A DNA stretch of 64,000 nt from Nostoc sp. DedSLP01 (lineage in GTDB: Bacteria; Cyanobacteriota; Cyanobacteriia; Cyanobacteriales; Nostocaceae), in assembly GCA_034530875.2 (NCBI GenBank), contig JAVRCJ020000005.1, positions 241,903 through 305,902 on the forward strand. The letters run 5' to 3'. The position numbers were made by a program, and so were the translations under genes. Each line of letters begins with the position of its first letter. Position 1 is the stretch's first letter. Under the pieces are notes generated by a model. That model did not search any database. It was not told the DNA's origin and saw only the letters and a program-made list of their open reading frames with translations. Shown here one piece after another: positions 1 to 10,258 of the stretch.

Positions 1-210
1 ACTCCAAACAACCCAAGCAGAATTAGAAAACTCTCAGCATCAACTCCAAACAACCCAAGCAGAATTAGAAAACTCTCAGCATCAACTCCAAACAACCCAA
101 GCAGAATTAGAAAACTCTCAACAGCAGTTCAGAAAAATTCAAGCACAATTAAAAAGCTCTCAATATCAGATCTACGCAACTCAAGCAGAATTAAAAAATT
201 GGGAAAATCT
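1..210 (+). repeat. 42-nt tandem repeat encoding a 14-aa (double heptad) coiled coil
   Basis: ACTCCAAACAACCCAAGCAGAATTAGAAAACTCTCAGCATCA is perfect at 1-42 and 43-84, partial at 85-120, then followed by about 2 degenerate copies. Confidence 0.95.
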
Positions 211-2125
211 TGTATCTTGGATGGAAACGAGCAAGTTTTGGAAGTTACGAAAAATATATTTAAATTTCAGGCAAAAAATCACTAATACTAGTAATATAAA
301 TTTGCCTTTAGTACAACTTGCTAATAAGAGTATTAATATAATCCGCCAAGAGGGCTATGAGTCTTTTAATAAACGTGCCTTAAATTTTGTAACCAATAAA
401 ATTATAGACTTACCTGCTAGGATAAGTTCTACAAATACCCTAGTAGCGGAAGTTTTACAAAATTTAGCTGACTCTTCAGAATATACGCAATGGATAAAAG
501 ACTACGAACCAACTGATGAAGAACTAAAGCAACAAAAAAATCAAGCTTTAGCTTTAAATTATCAACCCGTTCTCAGTGTAATACTTCCAGTTTATAAATT
601 ACCTCTAACTATTTTAGAGGAAACCATTGATAGTGTATTTCAACAAACTTATACTAACTGGGAACTGTGTATTGCATTTGCAGACATTAATAATTTTGAG
701 ACAACTGAATACTTAAAAGATTTAAGTTCGCAAGACACAAGGATTAAGCTCGTTATCTTGCCAGAAAATCGAGGAATTTCTGGTAACTCAAATGTTTGTT
801 TAGAAATGGCCACAGGAGAATTTCTGGCTTTACTAGATCATGATGACTTGTTAGCGCCTTGGGCATTTTATGAAGTAGTAAATAAACTAAATAATGAGCC
901 AGATTTAGATTTTATCTACTCAGATAAAGACTGTGTGAGCGCCAACAGTAAAATCAGGTCTCGGCTTTTACTCAAGCCAGAATGGAGTCCGGAAATTTTA
1001 TATTCAGCTAACTACTTAACTCATTTGTGTATCGCTCGTCGAGAGCTTGTGAATTATATAGGGGGATTTCGTCCGGAAACTGACGGAGCGCAAGATTGGG
1101 ATTTATTTTTACGTATTGCAGAGCAAACATCAAGAATTGGGCGAATTGATTCTGTACTCTACCACTGGCGTATTATACAAGGCTCAACTGCTTTAGGAAT
1201 AGATTCTAAGCCCTACGCGCTTGAAGCACAGTTAAAGTCTCTTCAAGATCATCTGAGTCGAACTCAACTTCCAGCAACAATTTCGCCACATCCAGAATGT
1301 GGTTTTCGAGTAGAGTGGAAAACTCAAAGTGCAAAAGTATCAATTGTGATTGACGGTGATGTTTCCTGGGACTATTTATCAGCTTGTCTCAATGGTATTT
1401 CCGCATTTTCTAACCCCAACTTGCATAAAGCCAAAGTCGTTTTACCAGAGTCTAGTTATTATTCACAGGTAAGTGAAATTAAAACACTTACAGAACAAAT
1501 TAATTTACCTATTGATTGGCTACTCGTTAGCGAAGGTAATTCTAAGTTAGTCACTTTGGGAGAGGCGGCAAAACAGGATAATCCTGATGTAGTTTTGTTT
1601 GTATCAGGTGAAGTCATCAGATTTCAAGAGGGATGGATAGAAGAGTTAAGCGGTTGGGTTCTTAATCATCCAGATATCGGATTTACTTCAGCACTGGTTT
1701 TGACAAATCAAAATAAAGTTGTTGAAGCCGGATTAGTTGTCGATAAATATGACAATGGCTCTCCATTATTTTACGGTAGCGAACTATATGTTTGGGAAAC
1801 ATTTGGTGGAGCATTATGGTATCGCAACTGTAGCGCTAGTTCTCCTTGGGCACTTGCTTTTAATTACAAACATTATTTAAGTTTAGGAGGATTACCTACG
1901 GATTCTCCTTCTGTTCTGCATTCAACAATCAAGCTTTGTCAAGCTAGTAGGGCTACTAATAAACGCGGTTTAGTAAATCCTCATGCGAGAGTCTTTTTAG
2001 TAGATTTACCACAAGATAGCCTGTCCGTATTTGATGATTCTTTAGCCAACGATCCTTATTTTCATCCTGCATTTGCATCTGTAGTTCCATTGAAATTAAG
2101 ATCAAAAAATGGAGAAATTTCATGA
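2..2125 (+). CDS. Coiled-coil plus two GT2 domains glycosyltransferase (O-antigen/rhamnan polymerase-like), 5' end outside the window
   Basis: The frame is open from position 2 (LQTTQAELENSQHQ repeats) into the 221..2125 ORF. GT2 motifs SVILPVY, LLDHDD, YSDKD and GAQDWDL are present, followed by a second, degenerate GT2 domain. Confidence 0.85.
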   Translation, partial: LQTTQAELENSQHQLQTTQAELENSQHQLQTTQAELENSQQQFRKIQAQLKSSQYQIYATQAELKNWENLVSWMETSKFWKLRKIYLNFRQKITNTSNINLPLVQLANKSINIIRQEGYESFNKRALNFVTNKIIDLPARISSTNTLVAEVLQNLADSSEYTQWIKDYEPTDEELKQQKNQALALNYQPVLSVILPVYKLPLTILEETIDSVFQQTYTNWELCIAFADINNFETTEYLKDLSSQDTRIKLVILPENRGISGNSNVCLEMATGEFLALLDHDDLLAPWAFYEVVNKLNNEPDLDFIYSDKDCVSANSKIRSRLLLKPEWSPEILYSANYLTHLCIARRELVNYIGGFRPETDGAQDWDLFLRIAEQTSRIGRIDSVLYHWRIIQGSTALGIDSKPYALEAQLKSLQDHLSRTQLPATISPHPECGFRVEWKTQSAKVSIVIDGDVSWDYLSACLNGISAFSNPNLHKAKVVLPESSYYSQVSEIKTLTEQINLPIDWLLVSEGNSKLVTLGEAAKQDNPDVVLFVSGEVIRFQEGWIEELSGWVLNHPDIGFTSALVLTNQNKVVEAGLVVDKYDNGSPLFYGSELYVWETFGGALWYRNCSASSPWALAFNYKHYLSLGGLPTDSPSVLHSTIKLCQASRATNKRGLVNPHARVFLVDLPQDSLSVFDDSLANDPYFHPAFASVVPLKLRSKNGEIS

Positions 2126-4317
2126 AAATTCCACGAGTTGTTAAAAAATTTATTCGGGAGAAGTTAATACCCTTAGAGCAACCTACTATTCTTGTAGAGC
2201 AACCTAATATTCCTGTAGAGCAATCTATTATTACCGTTGATAAATATACTCAAGATGCAACTGCATTAGCCGCAGTGATGGATTTTTCCATTAGTGACAT
2301 TTATCAAGTTCAGCAACATCCAGAAAGAGTTATTCCATCTGGGCCTCATATTGTCAATTGGTATCTACCATCTTTTGAAAACGCTTTTTATGGTGGAGTC
2401 ATGACAATACTACGTACAGCTGATTATTTACTGCAAAAAGGAGGAATGCATCAAAGATTTTTGATTTGTGGTGACGCGAAAGCTGATGTGATTTTTGGAA
2501 ATATTATTAAAGCCTTTCCAGAGTTAAAGACTTGTGAAGTTATAGTTCTTAACTCGGCAGAAGCGATCGATAATATACAGCCTGCTGATTTTTCCATAGC
2601 TACGCTTTGGACAACTGCTTATGTATTGCTAAAGGTTCAAAATACGGGATTGAAGTTTTATTTTATTCAGGATTTTGAACCTTTATTTTATCCGGGAGGT
2701 TCTACATACGCTCAAACTGAGGCAACATACCGTTTTGGATTTTATGGAATTGCCAATACTATCAGTTTAAAAAATATATATGAAAGTGAATATGGAGGAA
2801 AAGCCATTCACTTTACTCCTTGTGTAGATACTAAAGTTTTCTATGCAGATAATACTTCCAGAAAAGACAACCCCAAACGTATCTTTTTTTATGGACGTCC
2901 CGGACATCCTCGCAATGCTTTTGAGTTAGCAATTACAGCTATGCGTCAACTCAAAAATCGTTACGGTTCTAATATTGAGATATTATCTGCTGGTGCTAAC
3001 TGGAAGCCGGAAGACTATGGCTTAGAAGGAGTGGTAGAAAATCTTGGTTTGCTCAGTTATGAAGCAACAGGAGATTTATATCGTTCCTGCCATATTGGAT
3101 TATCTATGATGCTGACTAAGCATCCATCTTACTTGCCTTTTGAGATGATGGCATGTGGTGTATTGGTCGTTGCTAATATCAATAACAGTACAAAATGGTT
3201 ATTGAAAGATAAGGAAAACTGTCTTTTATCATATCCTAGCGCTACATATATAGCTGAAACAATCTCAGAAGCGATCGCACGATATGAAGATTTAGAACAT
3301 ATTAGAACTAATGCTGCTCAAGAAATAATTAATAACCATGCAGATTGGAATGTTGAACTCAAAAAAATTTATAGATTTATTGTCAATTCTGAAACTAAAT
3401 CTAATGGCGTTTTAATGCAATCTAATGGCGGTATTTTCGGCTCAATGGTCTTTTATGTCAGAAATGGATATCGTCACTACGTGTCAGATTTAGATTGGAT
3501 GATTGATAATGGCTATACTTGGCCTGATGATATTCAAGTAGTAAGTGAAGAAACGTTGCTCAACTTTCTTCCTGCTCGCCCAGCCCCGCATTTTTGGTCA
3601 TTTGTAGATTGGCAGAATCCGCCAATAAATTGTAGTAGTATGCAGATGCGGGAAATAGCGGCATCTAGGCTTCGTGGTAAAGGCATAGAAGTTGGAGCTG
3701 CTGGATCTCCTTTTCCGATACCTTTACATTGTAGTGTTGAATATGCAGATATATGTTCTTCAACAACAATTAAAGATAAACTATATGCTGGTCAAAATCC
3801 TAATACCTTAATTGAACCAACTTTGATTACAGATTTAGAAAAGCTTGAAGGAATTGAAGATAATAGTCTTGATTTTATAGTTGCTTGTCATGTAATTGAA
3901 CATGTTAAAAATGTTTTCCTAGCTTTGGAAAATGCTTACAATAAACTTCGTGTGGGAGGTTCTTTAGTTTTAGTAGTACCAGATAAAGAAAGAACATTTG
4001 ATAAACAGCGCGAATTAACAACACTAGAACACTTGATTTTAGATTATCAAAATCCTTCGTCAGAGCGAGATAAAGAACATTACGTAGAATTTTATAAATT
4101 GGCTTTTCCCATAGCAACAGAGAAACTAGATGAAACAGTAAATAAAAATCTCTATGAAAAAGCTGATATTCACTTCCATACCTTTACTTATGATAGCTTT
4201 GCTTTAATCATAGATTATGTATGCAAAAACATGAATCCTTGGTCGTCTGTATGGTCGCAACCTACTCTGTCCAATCCAACAGAGGATATAGAATTTTATT
4301 TTGTGTTAACAAAGTAG
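2122..4317 (+). CDS. WsaF-like GT4 glycosyltransferase fused to a C-terminal class I SAM-dependent methyltransferase
   Basis: N-part motifs are YGGVMTI, IATLWTTA, YFIQDFEPLFY, FFYGRP and HPSYLPFEMMACG. C-part motifs are GIEVGA, LDFIVACHVIEH and LVVPD. The start overlaps the upstream stop (ATGA). Confidence 0.8.
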   Translation: MKIPRVVKKFIREKLIPLEQPTILVEQPNIPVEQSIITVDKYTQDATALAAVMDFSISDIYQVQQHPERVIPSGPHIVNWYLPSFENAFYGGVMTILRTADYLLQKGGMHQRFLICGDAKADVIFGNIIKAFPELKTCEVIVLNSAEAIDNIQPADFSIATLWTTAYVLLKVQNTGLKFYFIQDFEPLFYPGGSTYAQTEATYRFGFYGIANTISLKNIYESEYGGKAIHFTPCVDTKVFYADNTSRKDNPKRIFFYGRPGHPRNAFELAITAMRQLKNRYGSNIEILSAGANWKPEDYGLEGVVENLGLLSYEATGDLYRSCHIGLSMMLTKHPSYLPFEMMACGVLVVANINNSTKWLLKDKENCLLSYPSATYIAETISEAIARYEDLEHIRTNAAQEIINNHADWNVELKKIYRFIVNSETKSNGVLMQSNGGIFGSMVFYVRNGYRHYVSDLDWMIDNGYTWPDDIQVVSEETLLNFLPARPAPHFWSFVDWQNPPINCSSMQMREIAASRLRGKGIEVGAAGSPFPIPLHCSVEYADICSSTTIKDKLYAGQNPNTLIEPTLITDLEKLEGIEDNSLDFIVACHVIEHVKNVFLALENAYNKLRVGGSLVLVVPDKERTFDKQRELTTLEHLILDYQNPSSERDKEHYVEFYKLAFPIATEKLDETVNKNLYEKADIHFHTFTYDSFALIIDYVCKNMNPWSSVWSQPTLSNPTEDIEFYFVLTK

Positions 4318-4372
4318 TTTCTGCAATGATGGGGTAATCATATTGCAAAGTAACGGAGCGATCGACTGATTC

Positions 4373-5686
4373 ATGGAAACTAACCGTGCTATTTCTTCGC
4401 ATCATCTAAGTGGACGCAGATCACTGTATGTTCAGATCGTAATGTTTATAGTCGCTTTTATAGCGATTGTCTCTAAGCGACCTGATGCAATTTTAAATCC
4501 GCAATTTTGGGCAGAAGATGGAACTGTATTTTATGCCCAAGCATACAATAATGGAATTATAAATTCGCTATTTTCACCTTACGCAGGATATCTACATGCT
4601 GTACCCAGATTAACTGCGGCATTTAGCATGTTGTTTCCTTTGAAATTCGCACCACTTATTTTTAATTTGATTGCCATTGTAATTCAAATTCTGCCGGTAA
4701 CCTTTTTAATTTCCTCTAGGTTCTCGAAGTTAATACCAAATATAAATTATAGGATTTGTTTAGCATTTCTTTATCTAGCTTTACCTGGATGCTATGAAGT
4801 TCATGCAAATATTACTAATACACAATGGCGCGTAGCACTTTTAATATTTATGGGTCTTATTGGTCAATCCTCTCACGCGTTGGTTAATTTGTTCGATGTT
4901 GTAATGATTTTTATAGGAGGATTAACTGGACCTTTTTCAATTTTGATAATGCCAGTAACTGTATTTTTAATATTTGCCAAGAAAATTAGCAAACAAAAAA
5001 TTAGCGACCTATTTTATTTTAAATTCGTGCTGCTAATATGTACGGCATTAACCCAATTCATCGTTCTTAATAGTAATCAAATTGGTCAAGCAAGACTCAG
5101 TAAAGCAGGCTCTAGCTTTTTATCTTTTGATGATGCCAAAAGAATATTAAGAATTCTAATCAATCAAGTTTTTTCAATTTCACTTTTTGGCACAAATCTT
5201 ACTAATTATTTGATTAATGTATTGCCACATTTTCTGTATAATATTTTAAATATAATAATACTAATTGCCGCAATTATTGCCTTAGTTTATTTGTTGCTTA
5301 AATCCCCTCTTGAATTAAGAGCGTTTATTATATTTGCTGCTCTTATCCCTTTTTCCGCAATAGCTTTAATGTTTCCCAACATAACTGTATTTGAGCCTGT
5401 AGGTGTTGGTGCACGTTACTGGTTTAATTTCATATTAGCCTTTTCATTAGGAACTGTATGGCTTTGCTACAAAGCACACACTTCAAAAAATCACATTGTG
5501 AAGATTTTCGCTCTAACGATACTAGCTACTATGTCAATTGCCATAGTGACTGACTGGCAGCATCCTCCTTTTACCGATTTTAAATTTGCTAGCTATGCAG
5601 ATAAGTTTGTGGAATTACCACCTGGGCAGGAAATGATAATTCCAACTAATCCAGCACCTTGGTCTATTAAATTAATTAAGCATTAG
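4373..5686 (+). CDS. Polytopic membrane protein, GtrC/GT-C-like lipid-phosphate-sugar-dependent glycosyltransferase
   Basis: About 10-11 hydrophobic segments, an N-terminal loop PQFWAEDG...PYAGYLH, a late RY motif, and adjacency to a GtrA-GT2 fusion. Confidence 0.6.
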   Translation: METNRAISSHHLSGRRSLYVQIVMFIVAFIAIVSKRPDAILNPQFWAEDGTVFYAQAYNNGIINSLFSPYAGYLHAVPRLTAAFSMLFPLKFAPLIFNLIAIVIQILPVTFLISSRFSKLIPNINYRICLAFLYLALPGCYEVHANITNTQWRVALLIFMGLIGQSSHALVNLFDVVMIFIGGLTGPFSILIMPVTVFLIFAKKISKQKISDLFYFKFVLLICTALTQFIVLNSNQIGQARLSKAGSSFLSFDDAKRILRILINQVFSISLFGTNLTNYLINVLPHFLYNILNIIILIAAIIALVYLLLKSPLELRAFIIFAALIPFSAIALMFPNITVFEPVGVGARYWFNFILAFSLGTVWLCYKAHTSKNHIVKIFALTILATMSIAIVTDWQHPPFTDFKFASYADKFVELPPGQEMIIPTNPAPWSIKLIKH

Positions 5687-5724
5687 CTAGTAGTTTCAAT
5701 TACTTATGATTTTAAAAAAATTGT

Positions 5725-7026
5725 ATGATGCTAAAAAAATTATTTCAGCCTAAAATACTAAAGTTTTTACTAGGTGGTGGTTTAGCGGCTGCACTCAACT
5801 TAGTACTGATTTATTTAATAATTGAAAAGCTAGGGTTCAATACAGCTTTTTTACGTAATATAGCCAATGCAATATCAATTGAACTTTCTTTAGTATTTAG
5901 TTTTTTTGTATATCGGACATGGGTTTGGACTGGTGGTATTTGGAATCTTAGAGAAGTATTCTTACGACAACTTCCTCTTTACCATGTTTCTGCGGGTGCT
6001 GCCGTTATTACTCGTGTTTTCTTGATTTTTCCGATTTTAGATTGGTTGAAAGTTAACTATGGAATCAATACTATAATAGGCGCACTTGCGAGTGCATCGA
6101 TTAATTATTTAATTAGCGATCGCTTTGTATTTAAAACCCCAAAACAAAAAAAGTCCCTGACATATTATCCAGAAGCATTGGCTCCAGCTCTATTAGAAAA
6201 TCCTAGCTCGATTGGGGATGAATCAAGAACGATAGAGACTTCAAAATCTATCAAGACTTTATCAATAGTAATTCCAGCTTATAACGAAGAAGACTGCATA
6301 GTTCAAACTGTTCGCACTATTAGTACAGTTTTAGAACAAGAAAATATAGATTACGAAATTTTAGTTGTTAACGACAACAGCAAAGATAACACAGAACAAC
6401 TATTACAGCAGCTCAATTCGGAAAATAGTAAACTGCGCTACATCAATAATTATTATCCCAACGGCTTTGGCTTTGCAGTTCGCTGTGGCTTAGAAAATTT
6501 CACAGGAGATGCTGTAGCAGTAGTTATGGCAGATAGTTCGGATGCGCCAGAAGATATTGTATCTTACTATCATAAACTGCAAGAAGGATACGATTGTGTT
6601 TTTGGTTCCCGCTTCATTAGAGGAGGTAAAGTTATTGACTATCCCAGTCATAAGTTATTTGTTAATCGTTTAGCTAACTTATTTATTAAAATTTTATTTG
6701 GCTTAAAATTTAACGACACCACCAATGCATTTAAAATTTATCGTAAAGAAGCCATTGAAGGTATATCTCCATTAGTATCTCATCATTTCAATTTAACTGT
6801 AGAAATGCCACTAAAAGCCATAGTCAGAGGCTATTCTTATACAACTATTCCCATTACTTGGAGAAATAGAACCACAGGAGTTTCTAAGTTAAAGCTCAAA
6901 GAAATGGGGAGTCGATATTTGTTTATAGTCCTCTTCATTTGGCTAGAAAAACATTTATCGCGTGGAGATTATCATTTAAGCAAAAATAAACTGTTAGCAC
7001 ATCAAAGGTTGAAATCAAATGGCTGA
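5725..7026 (+). CDS. GtrA-like flippase domain fused to a polyprenol-phosphate glycosyltransferase (GT2, GtrB/DPM1-like)
   Basis: The N-terminal 4-TM GtrA pattern runs KFLLGGG...NYLISDRFVF. The C-terminal part has IVIPAYNEE, VVNDNSKD, MADSSD, VFGSRF and DTTNAFK. Confidence 0.85.
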   Translation: MMLKKLFQPKILKFLLGGGLAAALNLVLIYLIIEKLGFNTAFLRNIANAISIELSLVFSFFVYRTWVWTGGIWNLREVFLRQLPLYHVSAGAAVITRVFLIFPILDWLKVNYGINTIIGALASASINYLISDRFVFKTPKQKKSLTYYPEALAPALLENPSSIGDESRTIETSKSIKTLSIVIPAYNEEDCIVQTVRTISTVLEQENIDYEILVVNDNSKDNTEQLLQQLNSENSKLRYINNYYPNGFGFAVRCGLENFTGDAVAVVMADSSDAPEDIVSYYHKLQEGYDCVFGSRFIRGGKVIDYPSHKLFVNRLANLFIKILFGLKFNDTTNAFKIYRKEAIEGISPLVSHHFNLTVEMPLKAIVRGYSYTTIPITWRNRTTGVSKLKLKEMGSRYLFIVLFIWLEKHLSRGDYHLSKNKLLAHQRLKSNG

Positions 7027-8086
7027 GAAGATTCTAATTTTAGGAGGGGCTGGTTTTGTTGGCAGTTCCTTAGCGATTCATCTAAAAAAGCATCATTCTC
7101 AGTGGCAAATTATATGTTTTGATAATCTCCGCAGGCGTGGTTCAGAATTAAATCTTCCTAGATTTAAAAATTTGGGCATTGAGTTTATTCATGGCGACAT
7201 TCGTTCCGCTAGCGATTTAGATCCTGGAATGTTTGATGTCGATACTATTATTGATTGTTCTGCTGAACCTTCCGTACTTGCAGGATTTAATTCTCCGCAA
7301 TACGTCCTCCAAACAAATTTAGTAGGAACTATCAATGTTCTGGAATTAGCTAGACAAATTGAAGCTCGTTTGTTGTTTCTATCGACTAGCCGGGTTTATC
7401 CGATTGAAACACTAAAATCAATTAATTTAGTAGAACTGCCAACCCGTTTTAACATTGCTGCCGAACAAACAATACCGGGAGTATCTGATTTAGGTATTGC
7501 AGAGGAATTTCCACTTCAAAGCTACCGTTCTCTATACGGTACTACTAAACTTGCTTCGGAAATGCTGATTGAAGAGTATCGACAAGCTTACAATATTCAA
7601 GCAATAGTCAATCGTTGTGGTGTAATTACAGGGCCTTGGCAAATGGGTAAAGTTGACCAAGGTGTTTTTGTTTTGTGGTTAGCCGCACACTATTTTGAAA
7701 AATCTCTCAGTTATATAGGCTATGGCGGTACGGGTAAACAAGTTAGAGATTTATTGCATATAGCAGATTTGTTACACCTCATTGATTATCAGTTAGAACA
7801 TTTTTCTGAACTCGATGGAGATGTTTTAAATGTTGGTGGAGGTATTGATAATAGTTTATCGCTATTAGAAACTACTAGATTATGTGAGGCAATTACTGGT
7901 AAATCTATTGCGATCGCATCAGAAGAAACAGCTAGACAAGGTGACATTCCTATTTATATTACAGATTCTTCCAAGATAATTTATAAGACTGGGTGGAAAC
8001 CAATGATAAATCCGGAACAAACTCTAAGAGATATTTATCAGTGGATTATTGAGTATGAAACAATTCTGAAGCCCGTTTTATCCTAA
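7019..8086 (+). CDS. NAD-dependent epimerase/dehydratase, CDP-paratose 2-epimerase (RfbE)-like
   Basis: GGAGFVG Rossmann motif, STSRVY, intact YGTTK, and GKQVRDLLH. Confidence 0.8.
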   Translation: MAEKILILGGAGFVGSSLAIHLKKHHSQWQIICFDNLRRRGSELNLPRFKNLGIEFIHGDIRSASDLDPGMFDVDTIIDCSAEPSVLAGFNSPQYVLQTNLVGTINVLELARQIEARLLFLSTSRVYPIETLKSINLVELPTRFNIAAEQTIPGVSDLGIAEEFPLQSYRSLYGTTKLASEMLIEEYRQAYNIQAIVNRCGVITGPWQMGKVDQGVFVLWLAAHYFEKSLSYIGYGGTGKQVRDLLHIADLLHLIDYQLEHFSELDGDVLNVGGGIDNSLSLLETTRLCEAITGKSIAIASEETARQGDIPIYITDSSKIIYKTGWKPMINPEQTLRDIYQWIIEYETILKPVLS

Positions 8087-8121
8087 ACTGATGATTGTAG
8101 TGTGAGGGAATTCCAAATATT

Positions 8122-9192
8122 ATGCCTACCGTTTTAATTACTGGTTCATCCGGTCTAATTGGTTCCGAATCGGTGCATTTTTTTGCCCAGAAGGGTTTTA
8201 ATGTTATCGGTATCGATAATAATATGCGGGCGGTGTTTTTTGGAGAATCTGCTTCCACAGAATGGAATCGTCGGATATTAGAAGATAAATACGGTGAGGG
8301 CTATCGTCATTATGGTATTGATATCCGCGATCGCTCTGCAATAGAAAACCTATTTCAAGAATATTCCTCTGATATTTGTCTGATTATCCATACAGCAGCA
8401 CAACCATCTCATGACTGGGCAGCAAAAGATCCTCATACAGATTTTACAGTTAATGCTAATGGGACTTTAGTATTACTAGAAGCAACTCGACAATATTGCC
8501 CGGATGCAATTTTTATATTTACTTCCACTAACAAAGTCTATGGCGACACTCCCAACTATTTACCGTTGGAAGAATTAAAAACTCGTTGGGAAATTGAACC
8601 AAATCATCAATATCAAGAAGGTATTGATGAATCAATGACAATTGATAACTCCAAACATTCTTTGTTTGGTGCTTCTAAAGTTGCCGCAGACGTTCTAGTG
8701 CAAGAATATGGTAGATACTTCGGCATGAGAACCGTTAGCTTTAGAGGTGGTTGCTTAACTGGGCCTAACCATTCTGGCGCTCAGTTGCATGGTTTTCTAG
8801 CTTACTTAATGAAATGTACGATTACTGGTGACACTTACACCATATTTGGCTATCAAGGTAAACAAGTTAGAGATAATATACACAGTTACGATTTAGTTAA
8901 CGCTTTTTATCATTTTTATCAACATCCCAGATGCGGCGAAGTTTATAATATCGGAGGTTCTCGACATAGTAATTGCTCGATGTTAGAAGCAATCTCAATT
9001 TGCGAAGATATTGTAGGTAAAAAGCTGCAATACACTTATACAGAACAAAATCGTTCTGGCGATCATATCTGGTACATTTCAGATGTGAGAAAGTTCCGTT
9101 CTCACTATCCAACATGGGAATACAGGTATAATCTTCGACAAATATTAGAAGAAATGTATAATGCTCAAACATCTAGAAATCTTAGTTATTAA
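8122..9192 (+). CDS. Second NAD-dependent epimerase/dehydratase, RfbE-like (YxxxK reads FGASK)
   Basis: [30 protein letters not shown] and GKQVRDNIH motifs. Confidence 0.8.
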   Translation: MPTVLITGSSGLIGSESVHFFAQKGFNVIGIDNNMRAVFFGESASTEWNRRILEDKYGEGYRHYGIDIRDRSAIENLFQEYSSDICLIIHTAAQPSHDWAAKDPHTDFTVNANGTLVLLEATRQYCPDAIFIFTSTNKVYGDTPNYLPLEELKTRWEIEPNHQYQEGIDESMTIDNSKHSLFGASKVAADVLVQEYGRYFGMRTVSFRGGCLTGPNHSGAQLHGFLAYLMKCTITGDTYTIFGYQGKQVRDNIHSYDLVNAFYHFYQHPRCGEVYNIGGSRHSNCSMLEAISICEDIVGKKLQYTYTEQNRSGDHIWYISDVRKFRSHYPTWEYRYNLRQILEEMYNAQTSRNLSY

Positions 9193-9275
9193 TAGTATAT
9201 TCATGTACTAGCCAGAAGATTAGAGCATTAGAATGGAAAATACATAAATAGGTTTTTTATATAACATCTAAATCA

Positions 9276-10196
9276 ATGACAGCAAAAGTGGCAGCTTACA
9301 TAACCGTCTATAAAGATAAACAAGCTGCCAGAAATTGTCTAGAAGCAATTAAATCTCAATCTATAGCAATAGATAAGATTTTTATAGTAGATAATTCCGA
9401 GCAAGAATTACTAGAACGCGATAATAATGCATCGGTTTTGATACATCATTATCCAGAAAATGTTGGCATTGGTCAAGGTTTGGTATTGGCCTTGGAATGG
9501 GCTATAAAAGAAGGTTACGATTTTTTATGGACTTTTGACCAAGACAGTTTACCAACTGAGAATTGTTTAGAAATTTTGTTAAATTATTTTAATAAGTTAT
9601 CTTTAGAGGATAATAACAAAATTGGGATTATTGCTCCTACGCCCATAGACCAGAAAACTGAGACAATTGTACCAGGAGCAGTTTTTGTTAAAGACCATTT
9701 TATAGGCTGGATGCACAATCCAAATGTCGATTTTTATGATTGCGATTCACCTATCACTTCTGGTTCTTTAATTTCCATTGCTGCTGCTAAAACTGTTAGT
9801 TTTCCTCGACCAGAATTGTTTATAGATGGAATTGACCTCGACTATGGACTGAGATTAAAGCAACAAGGATTCCGTAATCTGATAGTTCCTAAAGCTGTCA
9901 TGTATCATAATTTTGGTAATCCAGTTCAAGTACAATTTTTGCACCGAAAAATCATCTTTCACAAATACTCTGGGTTACGTCATTACTACATTAATCGAAA
10001 TCATACTTATTTAGAAACTCGCTACGCCCAAGGTTTATATCGGTTAACTAGTTGTGCTAGGCGCATAAAATATTTACTCCGCAGTATAGTGACAATTTTC
10101 CTGTATGAACCTGAAGAAAAAAGCCTAAAAATATGGGCTTGCTTCCTGGGAATATTTCACGGCTTTCAAGGAAAGCTTGGTAAAACTTGGCTGTAA
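9276..10196 (+). CDS. GT2 rhamnosyltransferase-like
   Basis: IVDNS, WTFDQDS, ITSGSL, LFIDGIDLDY and HYYINRN motifs. Confidence 0.8.
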   Translation: MTAKVAAYITVYKDKQAARNCLEAIKSQSIAIDKIFIVDNSEQELLERDNNASVLIHHYPENVGIGQGLVLALEWAIKEGYDFLWTFDQDSLPTENCLEILLNYFNKLSLEDNNKIGIIAPTPIDQKTETIVPGAVFVKDHFIGWMHNPNVDFYDCDSPITSGSLISIAAAKTVSFPRPELFIDGIDLDYGLRLKQQGFRNLIVPKAVMYHNFGNPVQVQFLHRKIIFHKYSGLRHYYINRNHTYLETRYAQGLYRLTSCARRIKYLLRSIVTIFLYEPEEKSLKIWACFLGIFHGFQGKLGKTWL

Positions 10197-10258
10197 AATA
10201 AAATGATATAATTATTATTTAGCAAAATTAGCTGAGATGAAAGCTTAATATCAATACA

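Noticed and set aside
1..210. 42-nt repeats as a CRISPR array
   Set aside because: The units are directly adjacent with no unique spacers, are in frame within a CDS, and no cas genes are present.
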